Below are positions 40,234 to 53,600 of a stretch of 64,000 bases of DNA, in pieces. Position 1 is the first letter of the stretch; each line of letters starts with the position of its first letter. The notes under the pieces were generated by a model. It was not told the origin of the DNA and did not search any database. It saw only the letters and a program-made list of their open reading frames with translations. The position numbers and the translations under genes are program-made. Source of the DNA: Porphyridium purpureum (Eukaryota); assembly GCA_008690995.1 (NCBI GenBank), contig VRMN01000010.1:248001-312000 (forward strand). Reading direction: 5' to 3'.

Positions 40234-43200
40234 ATGGCGGAGCGACGCGGCGTGCCGCGTCAGCCGCCGTTCAAGCAGGTGGCCTTGTCGTCAACACACG
40301 AGGTGAAGGACTTTACGGTGCAAACGGCGTGGGAAGCGCTAGTTCAGCAGATTGAGCTCCAGCTGCGCGCGTGGATTGACGGCGCCGTGTTGGTCGTTGA
40401 GGAAGATCAGCATGAAGTCAACTCATCCTGGCCTGATGGCGACGACACGGACATTACGGACCAGGTCGAGCTCGAGTTAGAGAATCCGCAGTCGCAGGAC
40501 ACGTACGCACGGACCATACCTTCGACCTTGAGTGCGGTTCGCCTGTCGGGCCTCACCAGGAGATCGCTCGACTCGTCCTTGCTGGGCCTCGATGCGCCCA
40601 ACGAGATGTTGCGTGCGCTTGGAGTTCATCAGTATGTAGTGTTGCGCACCATGAACAGCTCAGTGTTCTCGTTCTCTACGCAAAGCCAAGGACAAAACCA
40701 GACCGGCATGAAGACACTTTTGATGAGCGCATTGTGTGCCGCCGCATCGGGCTGCAGTTGCACCGTACCTATGATGCTCCAAATGGGCATGGGACGAAGC
40801 GCGTCCACTGCCGCATTTGCGCCTGTTATTGGACGGCAGCTGGGTTCTCCCACAGCTTCACAAGCCCGGAATCTGGGCGCGTTGTATACACCAGCATCGC
40901 TGACGTATTTTAAGAGTGTGTACCGGCGCGGCGCGGCGCCAGAGCATCTTAGCCAGCTCGCTGGGCTCATCGAATTCTTCTTGGCACAGCTTAATTGCGC
41001 ACCGTATCGTTTTGGTCAGGTAGAGATGGCGGTCAAGTCGACTTTTGTGGAGGGCCGTTTGGACAGCCAAAGCGCGTGCGAGCGTCGTCTAGACCCTGCG
41101 GATGTCGAAATATCATCGCTGCGTACACCGTCGGTTGCGACAAAGTGTCGTGCGCGCAAACTGGCTCGCGCGCGCGCAGATCAATCTGTTTCTTCATTTT
41201 GTGACACGCAATCTCACCCTCGCGTGAAGCTCTTTCTGTCTGCTTTGTGGCCACGCTGTCACCCGAGCAGCCTCGGGCGTGACCCGCTGGCTTGGGCGCT
41301 TCCGCCTATTCGGGCACCGCGCTGGGTTCTTTCCATGGCGTTTGAAGGTGAGGACGAAACCATGCTTGCCTTGTTTCAGAAGTGCCAGCGGATGCACGCG
41401 TGGATGAAGCAAGTGGCAACTGCTGCTGCTGCTGCGCACCCCGCGTGGGATGATGCATCTTCGTTGGCAAAGCAGGACTCTCTTGCCCGGAGCATGAGCG
41501 AGCAGCACCGCAGCAGGGAAGCGAGCCGGGAGCCGAGCCAGGCAAACACCGAAAGTGGCTCTAAGGGTGGCATCGGAGGTAGAGGCCTTCTGGGAAAACT
41601 CTTCGCGCTCTCTGACTCGCGCTCTCAGCGAGTGAGTGAGAGTCAAGCCCTGGAAGCAAACGCGCTTGCTCGTACAGAAGAAAATGCATTTGTGCAGAAC
41701 GCTGGACAAAAGATTTTAGCCGGGCTGCGCAAGGAAGATAAGCCAGTGACTAGTTTTGATGGCCAATCTCCCCGAGGCCATACCGCCGGAGAGCAGTATG
41801 TTGTGCGTGAGCTAGTAGAGCTGGTGCATGCGCTTTTAGACCATCACAAGCTAGACGACACGCGCGCAGTTGTCAAGCTCGCGCGTTTGTGGAGATTCTT
41901 GTGCGATATGATTGGTCATGCGCTCGAGCATCCCCCTTTTAGTTTACCATCACTGGACGCGAATAGTAGTCCCGACTTGCAGGCCAGTCTCATAACGCAA
42001 AAGCTCCAGATGGTGTCGCTATGCTCGATCCGTGCAGCCACAGCATCCTCAATAGCCGCGGACACCGAGAAGGACGGAAGCGCTGGTGGCGTTTCGTCGT
42101 GGGATGCCGCCGACGACTGGTTAGAATGGCGAGAAGCTGAACATGCCCTGCCAACAACGCCGCCATTGGCTTCTTCTGCAACGCATGCCCCGGAAACAAC
42201 GGAGCAACAAAATGACCGCCTTGGCCGCAAGGCGATTCTTGAAGGTTATTTTAGGGACCACCAAGGCGCACACGCGGTGCCTCTTTACGAACCGTACACG
42301 CGCAGTGTTAGGCACCCGCTCGTGACACGCGACATGTTGAGTGAGCCTTTACATCAGCATTCGACGCCTGGAGCGACCCAGCCTCATCATTCAGAGTCGA
42401 GCGGCGGCGGCGACTGCAGCCTGGCACGCAACAGTCGTGACGGCAGCAGCAGCAGCAACCACCGCGTTGCGACGGATGCTTTGCTGTCAGACATGTCTGC
42501 TTTCAAGGCAGCCAATCCGGGATGTTCAATGTATGACTTCATGCGCTGGTTCAGCCCGTCTGATGTTCTGGGCGATGGAGTGCTAAGTGACCGAATGAGC
42601 GCTGCTGGCAACGAGTGGAGCCGCTTGTGGCAAACTGCCCAGGCGGTGCCTGCGAGCGAGCAGCCGGCACTCTTCGACGCTGCATTGGCCGCACAGGAGG
42701 CACTTCGCTTTCTGGAGCACATGTCCGTGTTCGACATTGTTCACGAGCTGTTTTACGCACAGACGCGACTGGTGTGTGCTCAGCTGGGCGCCGGCGTTTC
42801 ATTTGTGCAGCAGTTTGGTCGCGCGGCGGGTACCACGAACCGGAAGGATGAGCGAGACCATGGTCATTTTAAGGAGGGCGACATGGCACGAGCAGCCAAG
42901 CGGCTCGATTTCCTGGTCGAGCAGCATTTCGTGCCTCAGCGATTCAGCGAGATTCTTGCGCTAGTTTGCGACCTCGAGCGGCGCTTGCTGCGCGCGTTCT
43001 GTGTCGCGGAGATCTTTTTGTCAGCGGACCAGGTCGTGATGCAGCTGGACGCGCTTACGTCGGAGCAAGAGGTGGATGTGAACGAGCCGGTGTCGCGATA
43101 TCAGCTTGCGCTGAGCGCTGGACTGGATGCCGGGTTCAGCGAAACCGGCCTGCGTGACCCGGACATGCGCGAATTTACATTTGAACTGAATGGACGAGGG

Positions 43201-43278
43201 CGCTTGTACGTGAAAGTTGTTGACGACGGCTTCAAGATGGCGCTTCGAGAGTCCCGGGCGGCGAGCGCTATATCATGA
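40234..43278 (+). CDS. RAB3GAP1: Rab3 GTPase-activating protein catalytic subunit
   Basis: N-terminal DFTVQTAWE; PDL..SLI.QKLQM; LLSDMSAFKAANPGC...DF.RWFSP.D; LSDRM...GN.W; PASEQPALFD. Confidence 0.9.
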   Translation: MAERRGVPRQPPFKQVALSSTHEVKDFTVQTAWEALVQQIELQLRAWIDGAVLVVEEDQHEVNSSWPDGDDTDITDQVELELENPQSQDTYARTIPSTLSAVRLSGLTRRSLDSSLLGLDAPNEMLRALGVHQYVVLRTMNSSVFSFSTQSQGQNQTGMKTLLMSALCAAASGCSCTVPMMLQMGMGRSASTAAFAPVIGRQLGSPTASQARNLGALYTPASLTYFKSVYRRGAAPEHLSQLAGLIEFFLAQLNCAPYRFGQVEMAVKSTFVEGRLDSQSACERRLDPADVEISSLRTPSVATKCRARKLARARADQSVSSFCDTQSHPRVKLFLSALWPRCHPSSLGRDPLAWALPPIRAPRWVLSMAFEGEDETMLALFQKCQRMHAWMKQVATAAAAAHPAWDDASSLAKQDSLARSMSEQHRSREASREPSQANTESGSKGGIGGRGLLGKLFALSDSRSQRVSESQALEANALARTEENAFVQNAGQKILAGLRKEDKPVTSFDGQSPRGHTAGEQYVVRELVELVHALLDHHKLDDTRAVVKLARLWRFLCDMIGHALEHPPFSLPSLDANSSPDLQASLITQKLQMVSLCSIRAATASSIAADTEKDGSAGGVSSWDAADDWLEWREAEHALPTTPPLASSATHAPETTEQQNDRLGRKAILEGYFRDHQGAHAVPLYEPYTRSVRHPLVTRDMLSEPLHQHSTPGATQPHHSESSGGGDCSLARNSRDGSSSSNHRVATDALLSDMSAFKAANPGCSMYDFMRWFSPSDVLGDGVLSDRMSAAGNEWSRLWQTAQAVPASEQPALFDAALAAQEALRFLEHMSVFDIVHELFYAQTRLVCAQLGAGVSFVQQFGRAAGTTNRKDERDHGHFKEGDMARAAKRLDFLVEQHFVPQRFSEILALVCDLERRLLRAFCVAEIFLSADQVVMQLDALTSEQEVDVNEPVSRYQLALSAGLDAGFSETGLRDPDMREFTFELNGRGRLYVKVVDDGFKMALRESRAASAIS

Positions 43279-43652
43279 GCGCTTGGACTCACTCTACCAT
43301 TCGGTGATAGCCAGCCGTGCCGCTACGGCCTCGCGTTGTAGATCAAGATGTCAGCTGGCGAAACTCGACAGGACACATTCATTCAGGCAGAGAAAGTACG
43401 CATGCAGCCGAGCGAAGGAGTCGTGCGCGTCGTAGCGCCTCCTTGGCGCGAAGCGAATACTCGCTGGATTCCCCTTGTATTTATTTCTTGGTATCTCTCT
43501 CCTTTTTGGCAGAAATCTTGTGAACAAGGAAATGGACCATACTCGATGCTTTCATTTGCTTCACGGAATTCTGTTAATTCTTATGACACGACGCGACGCA
43601 TTTCAAAAGAGGTTACACGCGCAAGCTTGGTGCGAACGCCGGGTCTCATCTT

Positions 43653-44352
43653 TTAAGCCTGGTCTCGTCGCGGCTGCGGGCCGCGGTCCATGCGGACCTC
43701 GATAAGGCGTCCGTCGACCTCGGCGCCGTTCATCTCGTCGATGGCGCGCTGCGCCTCTTCTTCGGTCTCGAACAGGACTGTGCCGATGCCCTTGCTTCTG
43801 CCGTCCTGGCCCATGATGATATCGGCACGGATGACGTTTCCGCCGCTGGTGCGGAAGATGTCCTTGAGATGCTGCCAACGGCAGGTGAATGGCAGGTTCA
43901 GCACGACGACCTTGCGTCCTTTTTCTTGCTCGAAGCGGTCGCGGTTGAACCCCCCTCCGCCGCCTCCCGGGGCGCCAAACTGGCGCGTGGCGCCCGCAGC
44001 GCCTGGCGCGGCGTCGTGGAAGTCAGCGTGCTCATGGTTGCGCGCGCTGCGCTGCGCGCGCGTCGTGGTGCTCGCGCGAGCCGCGATCGGCGCGCACAAA
44101 GATGGCGCGTCCGTCGAGCTGCGAGTCTGTGAGGGTGTGGATCGCGGCGTCTGCCTCCTCCGGCGTCTCGTACTCGACGACGCCGCAGCCCGCGGAGCGC
44201 CCGGACGCGTCTATGAACACCTCGGCGTGCGAGACGTTGCCGGCGGCGCGCATGTGGTCCTTGAGCCCCTGCCACCGCGTCTCCCAGCTGAGGTTGCCGA
44301 CAAACACGCGCGTGTTCGGCGCCCCGGCGGCGCCCTCCCCAGCCACTTCCAT
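43653..44352 (-). CDS. Two-RRM RNA-binding protein (Gbp2/Hrb1/GBP1-like), with an apparent frameshift near 44035-44065
   Basis: RRM1 RVFVGNLSWETRWQGLKDHMR...GRS.GCGVVEY...LDGRAIFVRADR is in one frame. RRM2 VVVLNLPF.CRWQHLKDIFR...GRSKGIGTVLF...VDGRLIEVRMDR is in the +1 frame. Confidence 0.85.
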
Positions 44353-44657
44353 GTCGCCCCGCTCCCCCGTCACACCGCCCCGCCGCAACACACACACACA
44401 CACACACCCTGTGCCCCGCCCCCGCCCCTTCCTCTCGCCCCTGCGCACTCGCGCCACGCACGTCCGCCCTCGCGGCCCCGCACGCACGCGCGCCGCGCGC
44501 TGCAACACACCACTATACCTCACACTGTACTCCAATGCTGTACCGGCACCCTGTGCCAAAGTACAGCGGGAACTGAACGTCTGCCACGCCGGCGCGGCTG
44601 GCGGTTGTTTTTATTTGATGCGGCGCGCGGGTGCGTGACTGGCCGCCGCGGGCAGTG

Positions 44658-47600
44658 CTAACGAAGCTGCGGCAGGGATTCGATGCGGAACGGCGCTTGC
44701 GTCGCGTGCAGCGGCGGCGACAGCGGCTCGGGCTGTGCGAGCGCGGGCGCCGGCGTGCTGCCGACGCTCGTGGCGCTCGGCCCGGCCATTGAGGGCGGCG
44801 GCGGCAGCGCCGCGCCGCCGCGCATCCGCTCGTTCGCGTACCAAACGCCAGCGCCGCTGCTGCCGTGCACGCCGTGCGCCGCGTATCCGTGCGTCGTCCC
44901 AGGCTGCGCTTGATACATGTAGGTCTGTGTCGCTTGTGGAGCATGGGCGCCGCGCAGTGGCGGTACCATGCCCAGCCCACGGCCGCGATCCTCGCCTTCT
45001 CGCAACGGCTCGCCAGTCGCGCTTGCTGATGCAGGTAGCTGCGCCAAGGGCGCCGCCTGGCCATACTCCTCCCCGTGACCAGCATACGGCCGCGGTAGCG
45101 CTTGCATCAGGCCATCACTACCTCCATACTCAACACGGCCATAAGGCGCAAAATGCTGCCACTGCTGTTGCGCACCAGCCTCAAGCCCGCCGCCACCAGC
45201 GTACATGCCCATTGCGCGTTGAGGCGAAAATGCATACGGCGCGTTGGCAAAGTCGCCGTGCACAGGCATGTCCGCACCAGCACGCATGCCTGAGTTGTAT
45301 TCGCGGCCGGCAGACGCACCAAGTGCGTCCAGTTCTGTGGATCGTCCACGCACGCTGACATTGTACGGTACGCGCCCATCCCTTTCTCGCGAGTCCACCA
45401 TGCCTGCGTCTAGACCCGCATTTGCAGTCAAAGCCGAGCCGCCCACAACCATGCCACCTAGCGGCGAGGGCTGCAGAGTTCCAGTGGGCGCGGCTGTCGC
45501 TCGATCCGGCGCGCTGTGTAAAGCTCCCGCGGCAGGAGGAGCACCGGAGGCACCGCCGCCACCCAAACGCTCTTGCTTTAGATGGTACGTCGGATTGTTT
45601 CTCTCGAAGAATGCGTTCAACTTGTCGCGCAGCCCGGCCAGGGTAGAATTGCTTTCATCGTACGTGTACTCGATTTGGTTGTAGCGCCGCAGCTTTTCTG
45701 CACCGGGAAGCATTTGGAGTAGCTCTTTCACGACCGGGTGCGATAATCCAAAGTACTCCGGCCCAGAGACGTTCAAGCGACGATACTTGCGCTCTCCATT
45801 CGAACGGTAGTTAAGGTACCCCATCGTTTTTGCCCAGGCACCCGACGCAGACGTATTTTCAAACCGCGGCCTCTCATCGTCCAAGACGGTCACTGAAAAT
45901 GTGGGCCCAGACATACCGTCTGTGATCTCACAAACGCATGTAAAGCTGAATGGCGGCTGGTCAGATGCACCGCATGAGACCGGTCGCGAAGACTTGAACC
46001 CAATCGGGTAAAGCGAGCGCTCAGAGTGGAAAAGAGGGCGCTCATAGTCTACCCGCCCCAGTGCGTGCACAGTCAGGATGCCGAGATTGATAGGAAACTC
46101 AATGTTGCCTTGGCTGTCCATCGCAACCTTGTACAGAGACGACTTGAATTTCACTGCCTGCTGCTGCTGTTCCTCCTGTTGCGATTCCTGCTTCTGTTGC
46201 TGTTCCTTCTTCTGCTCCTGCTGATCTTGCACTTGTTGCTGCACATGTTGCTGCTGTTGTTGCTCCTGCTCCTGCTGCGACGACTGTGCAGGTTGCCCCT
46301 GCCGCCCGCGCTCATTCAAAGGCTGATTCTGACCAATCTCACTCACATGTCCGGCGGGGCGGTTCCACTGGTTGCCTGCAGCGTGAAAGTCGCCCCGTCC
46401 CATCCCCAATGAGGGAGGCGCCACTGTACTTCCTGCAACAATAGATCCGGAAGGAAGCTTTGGACCGGTCACGTAAGCTTCTGCGGATGATGCTTGCGCA
46501 GCACCTGCAGACACATTTCCCCGCTCACCGTCCTCACGGCTCCTGCTTGCCACACTCTTTTCCTTCTCCAAGTCCGCGTTAGGAGCCTGTTGCGACGCAT
46601 AAGACGCAAATGGATTGGAACCCGCAAAATGAGACATCATCGGTGGTGGCTGACCCAGTGCGGCTGGAAAGGGACCACCAGGACCAACAACGTGCGTGTA
46701 ATACATCTCTGGCTGGTCGACGACCCCACCATTGCTCCCAAGATATCCATCGTCTCGAGGGAAGGCTCCGCCCCATCGATTCACCGGGTGCATGCTTGTT
46801 CCCATGGCCACTTGCGGCGGCATCGACGGCGGTCGCCCACTCATATACATTGCGGCTCCTTCTGCGCCGATGTATGATTGTGACTGCGGCATCATGAGCT
46901 GCCTATGCTGGTCATACGCTACGTATGGGTATGGAAGCTGCATCGAACGGCCCATCTCCCATTCGCGCCCGCCCGGGTTGCCACCAGACATTCCTTGCGC
47001 CACGTATTGAGCATTCCCGGCCCCAGCTCCGGCCCCAGCTCCAGCCGCAGCTCCAGGTTCAGCGAAAGACGACCCGCCCCCGAACGGAGGGGCCCGCATG
47101 AAAGGTTCGGGCTCAAAGCCCTGCGCTCGCGGGCCATACGCGTAAGGAGGAGGATAATAAGCAGGGGGGCCTCCTCCCATGCCCATGGGGTAATGACGGT
47201 ATTGAAAGGGCGCAGCATCGTCAAGGGTTAACCGTTTCGACACAGCGTCAAAGTATACTTGCGACTGGTGGGGCTGCTCTTGTACCAATTGCTGTGAAGC
47301 AAAATACTGTTGTTGCTGCTGCTGTTGCTGCTGTTGCTGCTGCTGATAATGATAACGCTGCTGCTCCTGCTCATGCTGATGCTTTTGAGGCATGAGGTAA
47401 AAGTTCCCGTACGTGGCCTCGTACGCTTCGTCGCGCGGGTACGACTGATGCGAAGGAGGTTGCATCGTGGTTTGTGCCAGCCTCTGCTGCCCCATCGGAT
47501 CATCACGCTGCTCTTGCCCAGCACCGCCTTTTGCGCCTGCACCCGGTTCATCATAAATCTGACCGTGAATTGGGGCTTCAGACTGCCGGTTGGCAGCCGT

Positions 47601-50600
47601 TCCTGAACCTGCCACTCCGGGACGATTTTCCTCCTTTGGCGAGTGAGAATGCGGCACGCAACTTGCCTCTGGATTTGGGATCACACCTGTACGAGAGGGC
47701 GTGGTTGCGGACGTAGCTTGAACAACCGCAGTTTCCTCGGTCCCTGATATCGGCGCTAGCACAATCGGTCGCTTGATCTTTTTGCTCTGCTGAGAGCGAC
47801 GGCGCGAGCGTGCAAAATCATTATCACGTGCACCATCAACATCATCGTCAGAATTTTCTCTGCTCACATCCACACTTGCTCTTTGTCTCTTCGGTTTCTG
47901 ACGTTCCTCTATCGTCGACGAAGTGTGGCTCTGACGCGGACCTCCCTTAACCCCGCTGCTACGAAGCTTCTGCCCCTGTGCCTGAGACAATCTGTGCGTA
48001 GGCTGCTGGCGATCGGCCCCAGACAGGCGCTTGCGGTCGAGCTTGGAAAGTCGCACATGCCTGAGCTTCTTTACATATTCGCTTTCCGCCTCGAGAGGAA
48101 CACCACTTTGGCGCTTCAGAAACGGCGCACTGCCAAGTGCCGCGGCCGGGAGACCAACTTTGCGCGACAACTCATTCATGTTCCCACCCGCGCCGCCCGT
48201 GCCGCCTTGCTGAAGAGATAAGCAGACGCGCTCCCACAACTCCCTCTTGACGCCTTTCAGGCCTTCAAAGATGCGCGTGTTTAGCGCAGAGCGCTGCGTT
48301 GCATTGAACCCAAGGTCCACATCGCTCCACAGCACCGCTCCTCCGGCCGCCGCACTCTCCACAAATACGCCAAATCGTTCATCCAATTCCCTTTCCCTTT
48401 CCCTTTCCCGTACGTTCAATGCGTCGACTTTCGAATGCTTGAGGGGATGGATAGCGTTCAACTCAGCATCGACAGAGGCAACTACGGCCTGTGAGCCATC
48501 TCTAACATCCCAGCCTCGGCTTCGAGATCCTAGCTTGCCTTTGGATTTCTTCTTCAGTGGTGCCGACCTAGGCGGGCTACCAGAGCGTGTTCCGCGTACC
48601 TCTATCGCTTTCGTAGCCACAGAACTTGCGTGCTTCGCATGGCTGGTGCTGCTTGCTTGCAGGCGCCCTTTACGGATCAAATCCAATAGCATTTTCGCAC
48701 GCCTTTCCACGGCCTTCTCCTTTGGGAAAATTGCCAGGACATCGTCTTCCTTGATGGGTTCCATCTTTTCAAAGGCTTGCTGGTACTCTCTGTCAAGATT
48801 CGCGTCGACACCTTTTTCGCATTTCGAATGATGCGCAATCGTCGCAAGAAAGGAGATGAAGCGAGGTCTATCCCCACAAAGCGCCGCGCGCAGCTCGCTC
48901 GACAGACCAGGACCATGTTCGTCGCTTTGATCAAATACGATTGCGCCCATGTCAAACCCACAAAGCGCAATCCCCTGGAGCAGCTGGATGTCTAGCTCGG
49001 TCACTGAGGAGACAAATCGAGTACCGTCTGGAGAAGACATCGAAAACTTTCGCATCCCCTCCGGCAGACCAGCCTCACCTAGATACCAAGACGGAAACCC
49101 GTCGCGCTTGGGTAACGGAGCCGGACACGAACTCAAGATCTGAACCAAGAGCGCCCTATTGTTGCGCAGTTTCCACAGTTCCGAAAAGGCCATGTGCGCT
49201 ATGGCGCTTCGCGCCTGCCATTTCTCCAGGGCTACAAGTGTCACTCCGGTCTCTGCTTTCAACAAAGCACCCGACAGCGGCGCTCCACCTTCGCCGTGTG
49301 GATGCGACTCGCCGTCCGCATTCATACGTGCCAGCGTTTCTTGGCATGTCGGGTAGAAGGTCTCATTGTAGTACTTTTCCAGTAGCTCTGGCGTCTTGCT
49401 GTACAGTTTCGCTCGCCTCCCCACCTTTGCAAAATTGTACAAAACAGACTTATTCTTTTCACTGCGTACCACTTGCAAAAGTAACGGGGGTCGCCCGCAC
49501 GCGAGAAGATACTTTGAAAAGTACTGGATCTCGGACTTGCTCCACGTTTGTTCAGCGATTGCGCGCTTCGCGCGCCGGTCCTGCTCTCGCATGTCGACTG
49601 CTAGCGCCAATCGCTCCACAGATGCAGATTGCCTTCGCGAAGAGGCCTCTGCGGCAAGGGCCTTCTGCTCCTTCCGTTTCTGCTGCTCCTTCAGCTTGGC
49701 TTTCTGCTGGAGCTGGTACATCTTCTTCAGCAACCGCTTCACTCGAAAGTTGAGCAGCGAGGTGCCCGGCCATTGGCGGTCGGCCAAGTCGCCATCTTGC
49801 TCACTGAGGAAATCCACGTCGCCAATGTCCATAACAGATTTCTTCTCGCCAAACACATCACCCTGCGTGTCGTTCGGGCCCGTTTGCGGCGCCACCCGGC
49901 CCAAAAAGACAAAGTCCGGGTCAAGCCGTATTGGTGCATAGTTCCCGAAGCCATACTTAATGACGCCAATCAAAAGGTGCCGGTCAAACTCGGCCGTCCA
50001 CCAAGCTGGAAAAGCCTGGTTTGATGCAGTAGCGGTGGCAGCGTCATCACCAGCTGTCGCTGCCGCCTTGGGCGGAAGCAAGTGCGTACCGCCAAAGCCC
50101 AACAAGCCCCTTCTAAGCGCGCCCTCCTTGAATAGCGTCAGAAGGCGGTCCATAATATCAAGTCGCTCCAGAATGAGAGCAGCATTGCTGCGAAGCTCGG
50201 CCAAAAAGTCCTCATTGGCAAATCCAGAGTCCATGGCCAGGGGTTCTGCCATCGCTTCCGGCTCAAGCTCGTAATCCAGGCATGTGAAAGTGGTGTGATG
50301 CGCCAAGTCGACGTGCTCGTCTGAGAGATGACCCGGGTTCGCCTCGTCGCGTGTTGCCTGATGATCTTCTAATCCAGAGCGTAATCGGTGCACGCGGTGA
50401 TGCGGCCCAAACGCCTTTTCCAGAAAAGGATACTTTTCTATCAAGGAAGCGAGTGCTTTGCCCTCGAGGTCGGTAGCGGAGGTCTGCTCGTTCCCTCCTT
50501 TACCACTGGCACTTGCCGAATCAGGGTTCAGACCAGAGCTCTTGGAAAGCTGGTCTTGAAGCACAGTCGCGCTGTTCGCAGCCTCCATGCGTGCCGCTAC

Positions 50601-53600
50601 GCGCACAATACAGCGAGAAATGTACGCCGTTTCGTCCAACGAGTGCACGGTGCCAATGTTGGCGACCTCACGGACCAGCGCCCAGCGGCCAAAGCCAACC
50701 ACCGGCAGAACTCGAACCACACGTACACGCTCTGTGCTTTTCCACGGCTTCGATGCGGACGAAGACGCTCCCTTATCGCTACGCCCGGGCCCTGCTTCAT
50801 AGTCAGAGTCCGCCGCATTCAATCCGGTCCCAGCGGCGCCCGTTTCGTCATCTTCATCTGAACCAGCGCCACCGCCGGCGTTCGGATTGAACCTTTGCGT
50901 CTGCCTGCGTCGCCTGGGCACCATTTCCAGGTCATAAAATTGCGAGCCACCCTTTCCTGCGGCATGACTCGCAGAATCTGCCGCGGGCATCAGCTTTTTC
51001 CAAAAGTCTGGATCGTGCAGGTCTACATCTGTCTCTGTACGCTTTTCGACAGTGAACGTAGCCTTACTAAAAGCAGACGGTCCGGCATTTGCACTGGCAT
51101 TGTTCAAGGTCAAAGTACGGCGTTTCAGAATCGAGTCAATATCCTCGGACGTGAACTGGTCCGCCGCCGTGTCATCTTCATTAAATACGTCATACGCACC
51201 CTTCTTTAGCAAGTCATCGATTTCCTCGCGCTTCATGTCTTGCATCAAATTTCCATGGCTTCCTGCCACGTGCGCAGCAGGGCCACCAGCTGCGCTGCTG
51301 CGCGACGCAGAATGCACCTTGTCTAGCCCCATATTTTGTAGCACGGCGTGGTCCAACCCAAGCTTCTTCGAAGCCTTGTCAAACATTTGTTCTTCGTAGG
51401 TGGCTCTGGTAATAAGGCGATATACCTTGACGTCCTTTTCTTGTCCAATGCGGTGGCAGCGCGCCTGTGCCTGGATATCATTTTGCGGGTTCCAGTCCGA
51501 GTCATAAATGATGACAGTATCCGCTACGGTGAGGTTGATTCCCTGCCCGCCGGCTCGCGTACAAAGTAGAAACACAAACGACTCTGAATCCTCCTTGGAA
51601 AAGCGGTCGATCGCCTGCTGCCGATCGTTCCCGCGCACTCTCCCGTCGATGCGTTCGTAGGACCAACGCTTGGTAACAAGGTAGTCCTCCAGGATATCCA
51701 GCACCTTGATCATCTGCGAGAAAATCAGCACCTTGTGTCCGCCTTCTTTCAGCTTGGGTAAGAGCTTATCCACCAGTACCAGCTTTCCAGACGCTTCGAT
51801 CATGTGCCGAGTCAGAGCTTCCATCGCCTTCTCGCTCGAGCCTTTCAACGCTTCCGCAGGAATGGAAGCCGCCTCTACTTGCTCGACGCCCTGGATCAAG
51901 TATGGGTGGCTGCAGCATTTACGCAATTCCATCACAATGTTGCGAAGATTGCCAATGTTGGAACCCTTTGACCCCTTACTCAGGAAACTAAAGTTGCGCT
52001 CCAGCATCGCCCGGTACCACTTTTTCTGCACGCGCGTCAGCTCCACCGAAATGATTGTTTCTTCCTTGGGCGGAATTACTTTCTCAACGTCTTCCTTCAG
52101 TCGACGCAGCAGGTAAGGACGGATGAGCTGCTTGAGCCCGTCCACAGCTTCAGAGTCTTTGATGTCACCAAACTCTCGCGCAAAGTCGGACACAGAGTGA
52201 AAATGTTCCGGGTGCACAAAGTTGAGAAGTGCAAACACTTCCATGGAGGAGTTCTGGATAGGTGTGCCTGTGAGGAGCACGCGATGGTCAATCTTGTATG
52301 CCTTGAGCTCGTCGACGAGCTTTGATTCACGGTTCTTGAGCCTGTGCGCCTCATCGACAACAAGAGCGCGCCACGCAATGTGCTTGAGTTTGCTCGACTC
52401 GAGGAGAATCGTCTCGTAAGTTGTCAGCAACACATGCCATTTACGCACGTCGCGCGGTCCCCGATTGCCAGTGTAGTTCCACTCGTGCGCCTGGATAACA
52501 CGCCGCGCGTCCGAATTGCCGTGGTACACAATCGTGTTCATGTTTGTCCATGTCTCGAACTCACGGACCCAGTGCCCTAATGTCGAGAGCGGCGCGATCA
52601 CGAGAAACGGGCCCAGGAGGTGTTGCTCGGTGAACAAGTAGTTGAGCAGGCTGACGCTCTGAATAGTCTTACCAAGGCCCATTTCGTCCGCAAGAATCGA
52701 GCCTTGTCGCTTGAACCAGCAGTGGATCAACCAGTTATATCCCTCTATTTGGTACTCGCGCAATTGGCCTCCGTTCTTGAACTCTGGCCGAGGAAGCGAA
52801 ATGTACTCGTGGGCAGCCGGCCGCTTGAACGCCTTTTGATGGCGCACAAGCCACTCAGCCGGCGGAGTCTCACGAGCAAGGTATTCGCTGATCTTACAAT
52901 CATCCTGAATATCCTCGGCGTCTTCCCACGTGACCTCGTGATATCCTAGCGCGCGCCACTTGACCAGGTACTGTGTCTGCTTCCGTATGCGGCGGGGCTC
53001 TAGTGAGGCGCCTCGGCCTTTTCTCTTGTTCGCGCGTTTGCTGTCCGCTTGCTCCCTGTGCTTTCCTGCTTTTGTATCACTTTCCGTGCGACCAGCCTGC
53101 GCGGCCGCGGGCTCCCTCTGCTCATTCTCCTCCTCCTCGACTTCGTCCACTTTGTCCTTCTTGCCATCATCTTGTCTTATTTCCGGCTTTCGCAGCTCGT
53201 CTTCAGCCTTGTCCTCTTCCACCTCGAGCACACGGTCGGCAATGATGCGGTCGACGACCAGAAAGTCCTCCGGAATCGGATCCTCGGCCTCTTGCTCCTC
53301 GTCGAGCTCGCCGTGAGACATTTGCGCCGCCTCTCTCTGCTGGAATTTCTGCAGGCGCAGCTTGCCCTGCGCCTGCACGAGAATGGTCTCCTCAGGTACC
53401 CACTCGGCGTGAATATAGCTGTATCCTTTCCACTTCACCAGGTACTCGTACACGGCCTGCGCATTCATTTCGGCCTCCACTTCGCTCAGTCGTGCCAAGC
53501 GACTCTTCTCGCGCTCCTCGCGCCGGGAGTGCTCAAGCGCAACCGCCGCCACGATATGCGCCTTGCTGAAGCCCTGCTTTTCCATGTCCTGCACGTAGGA

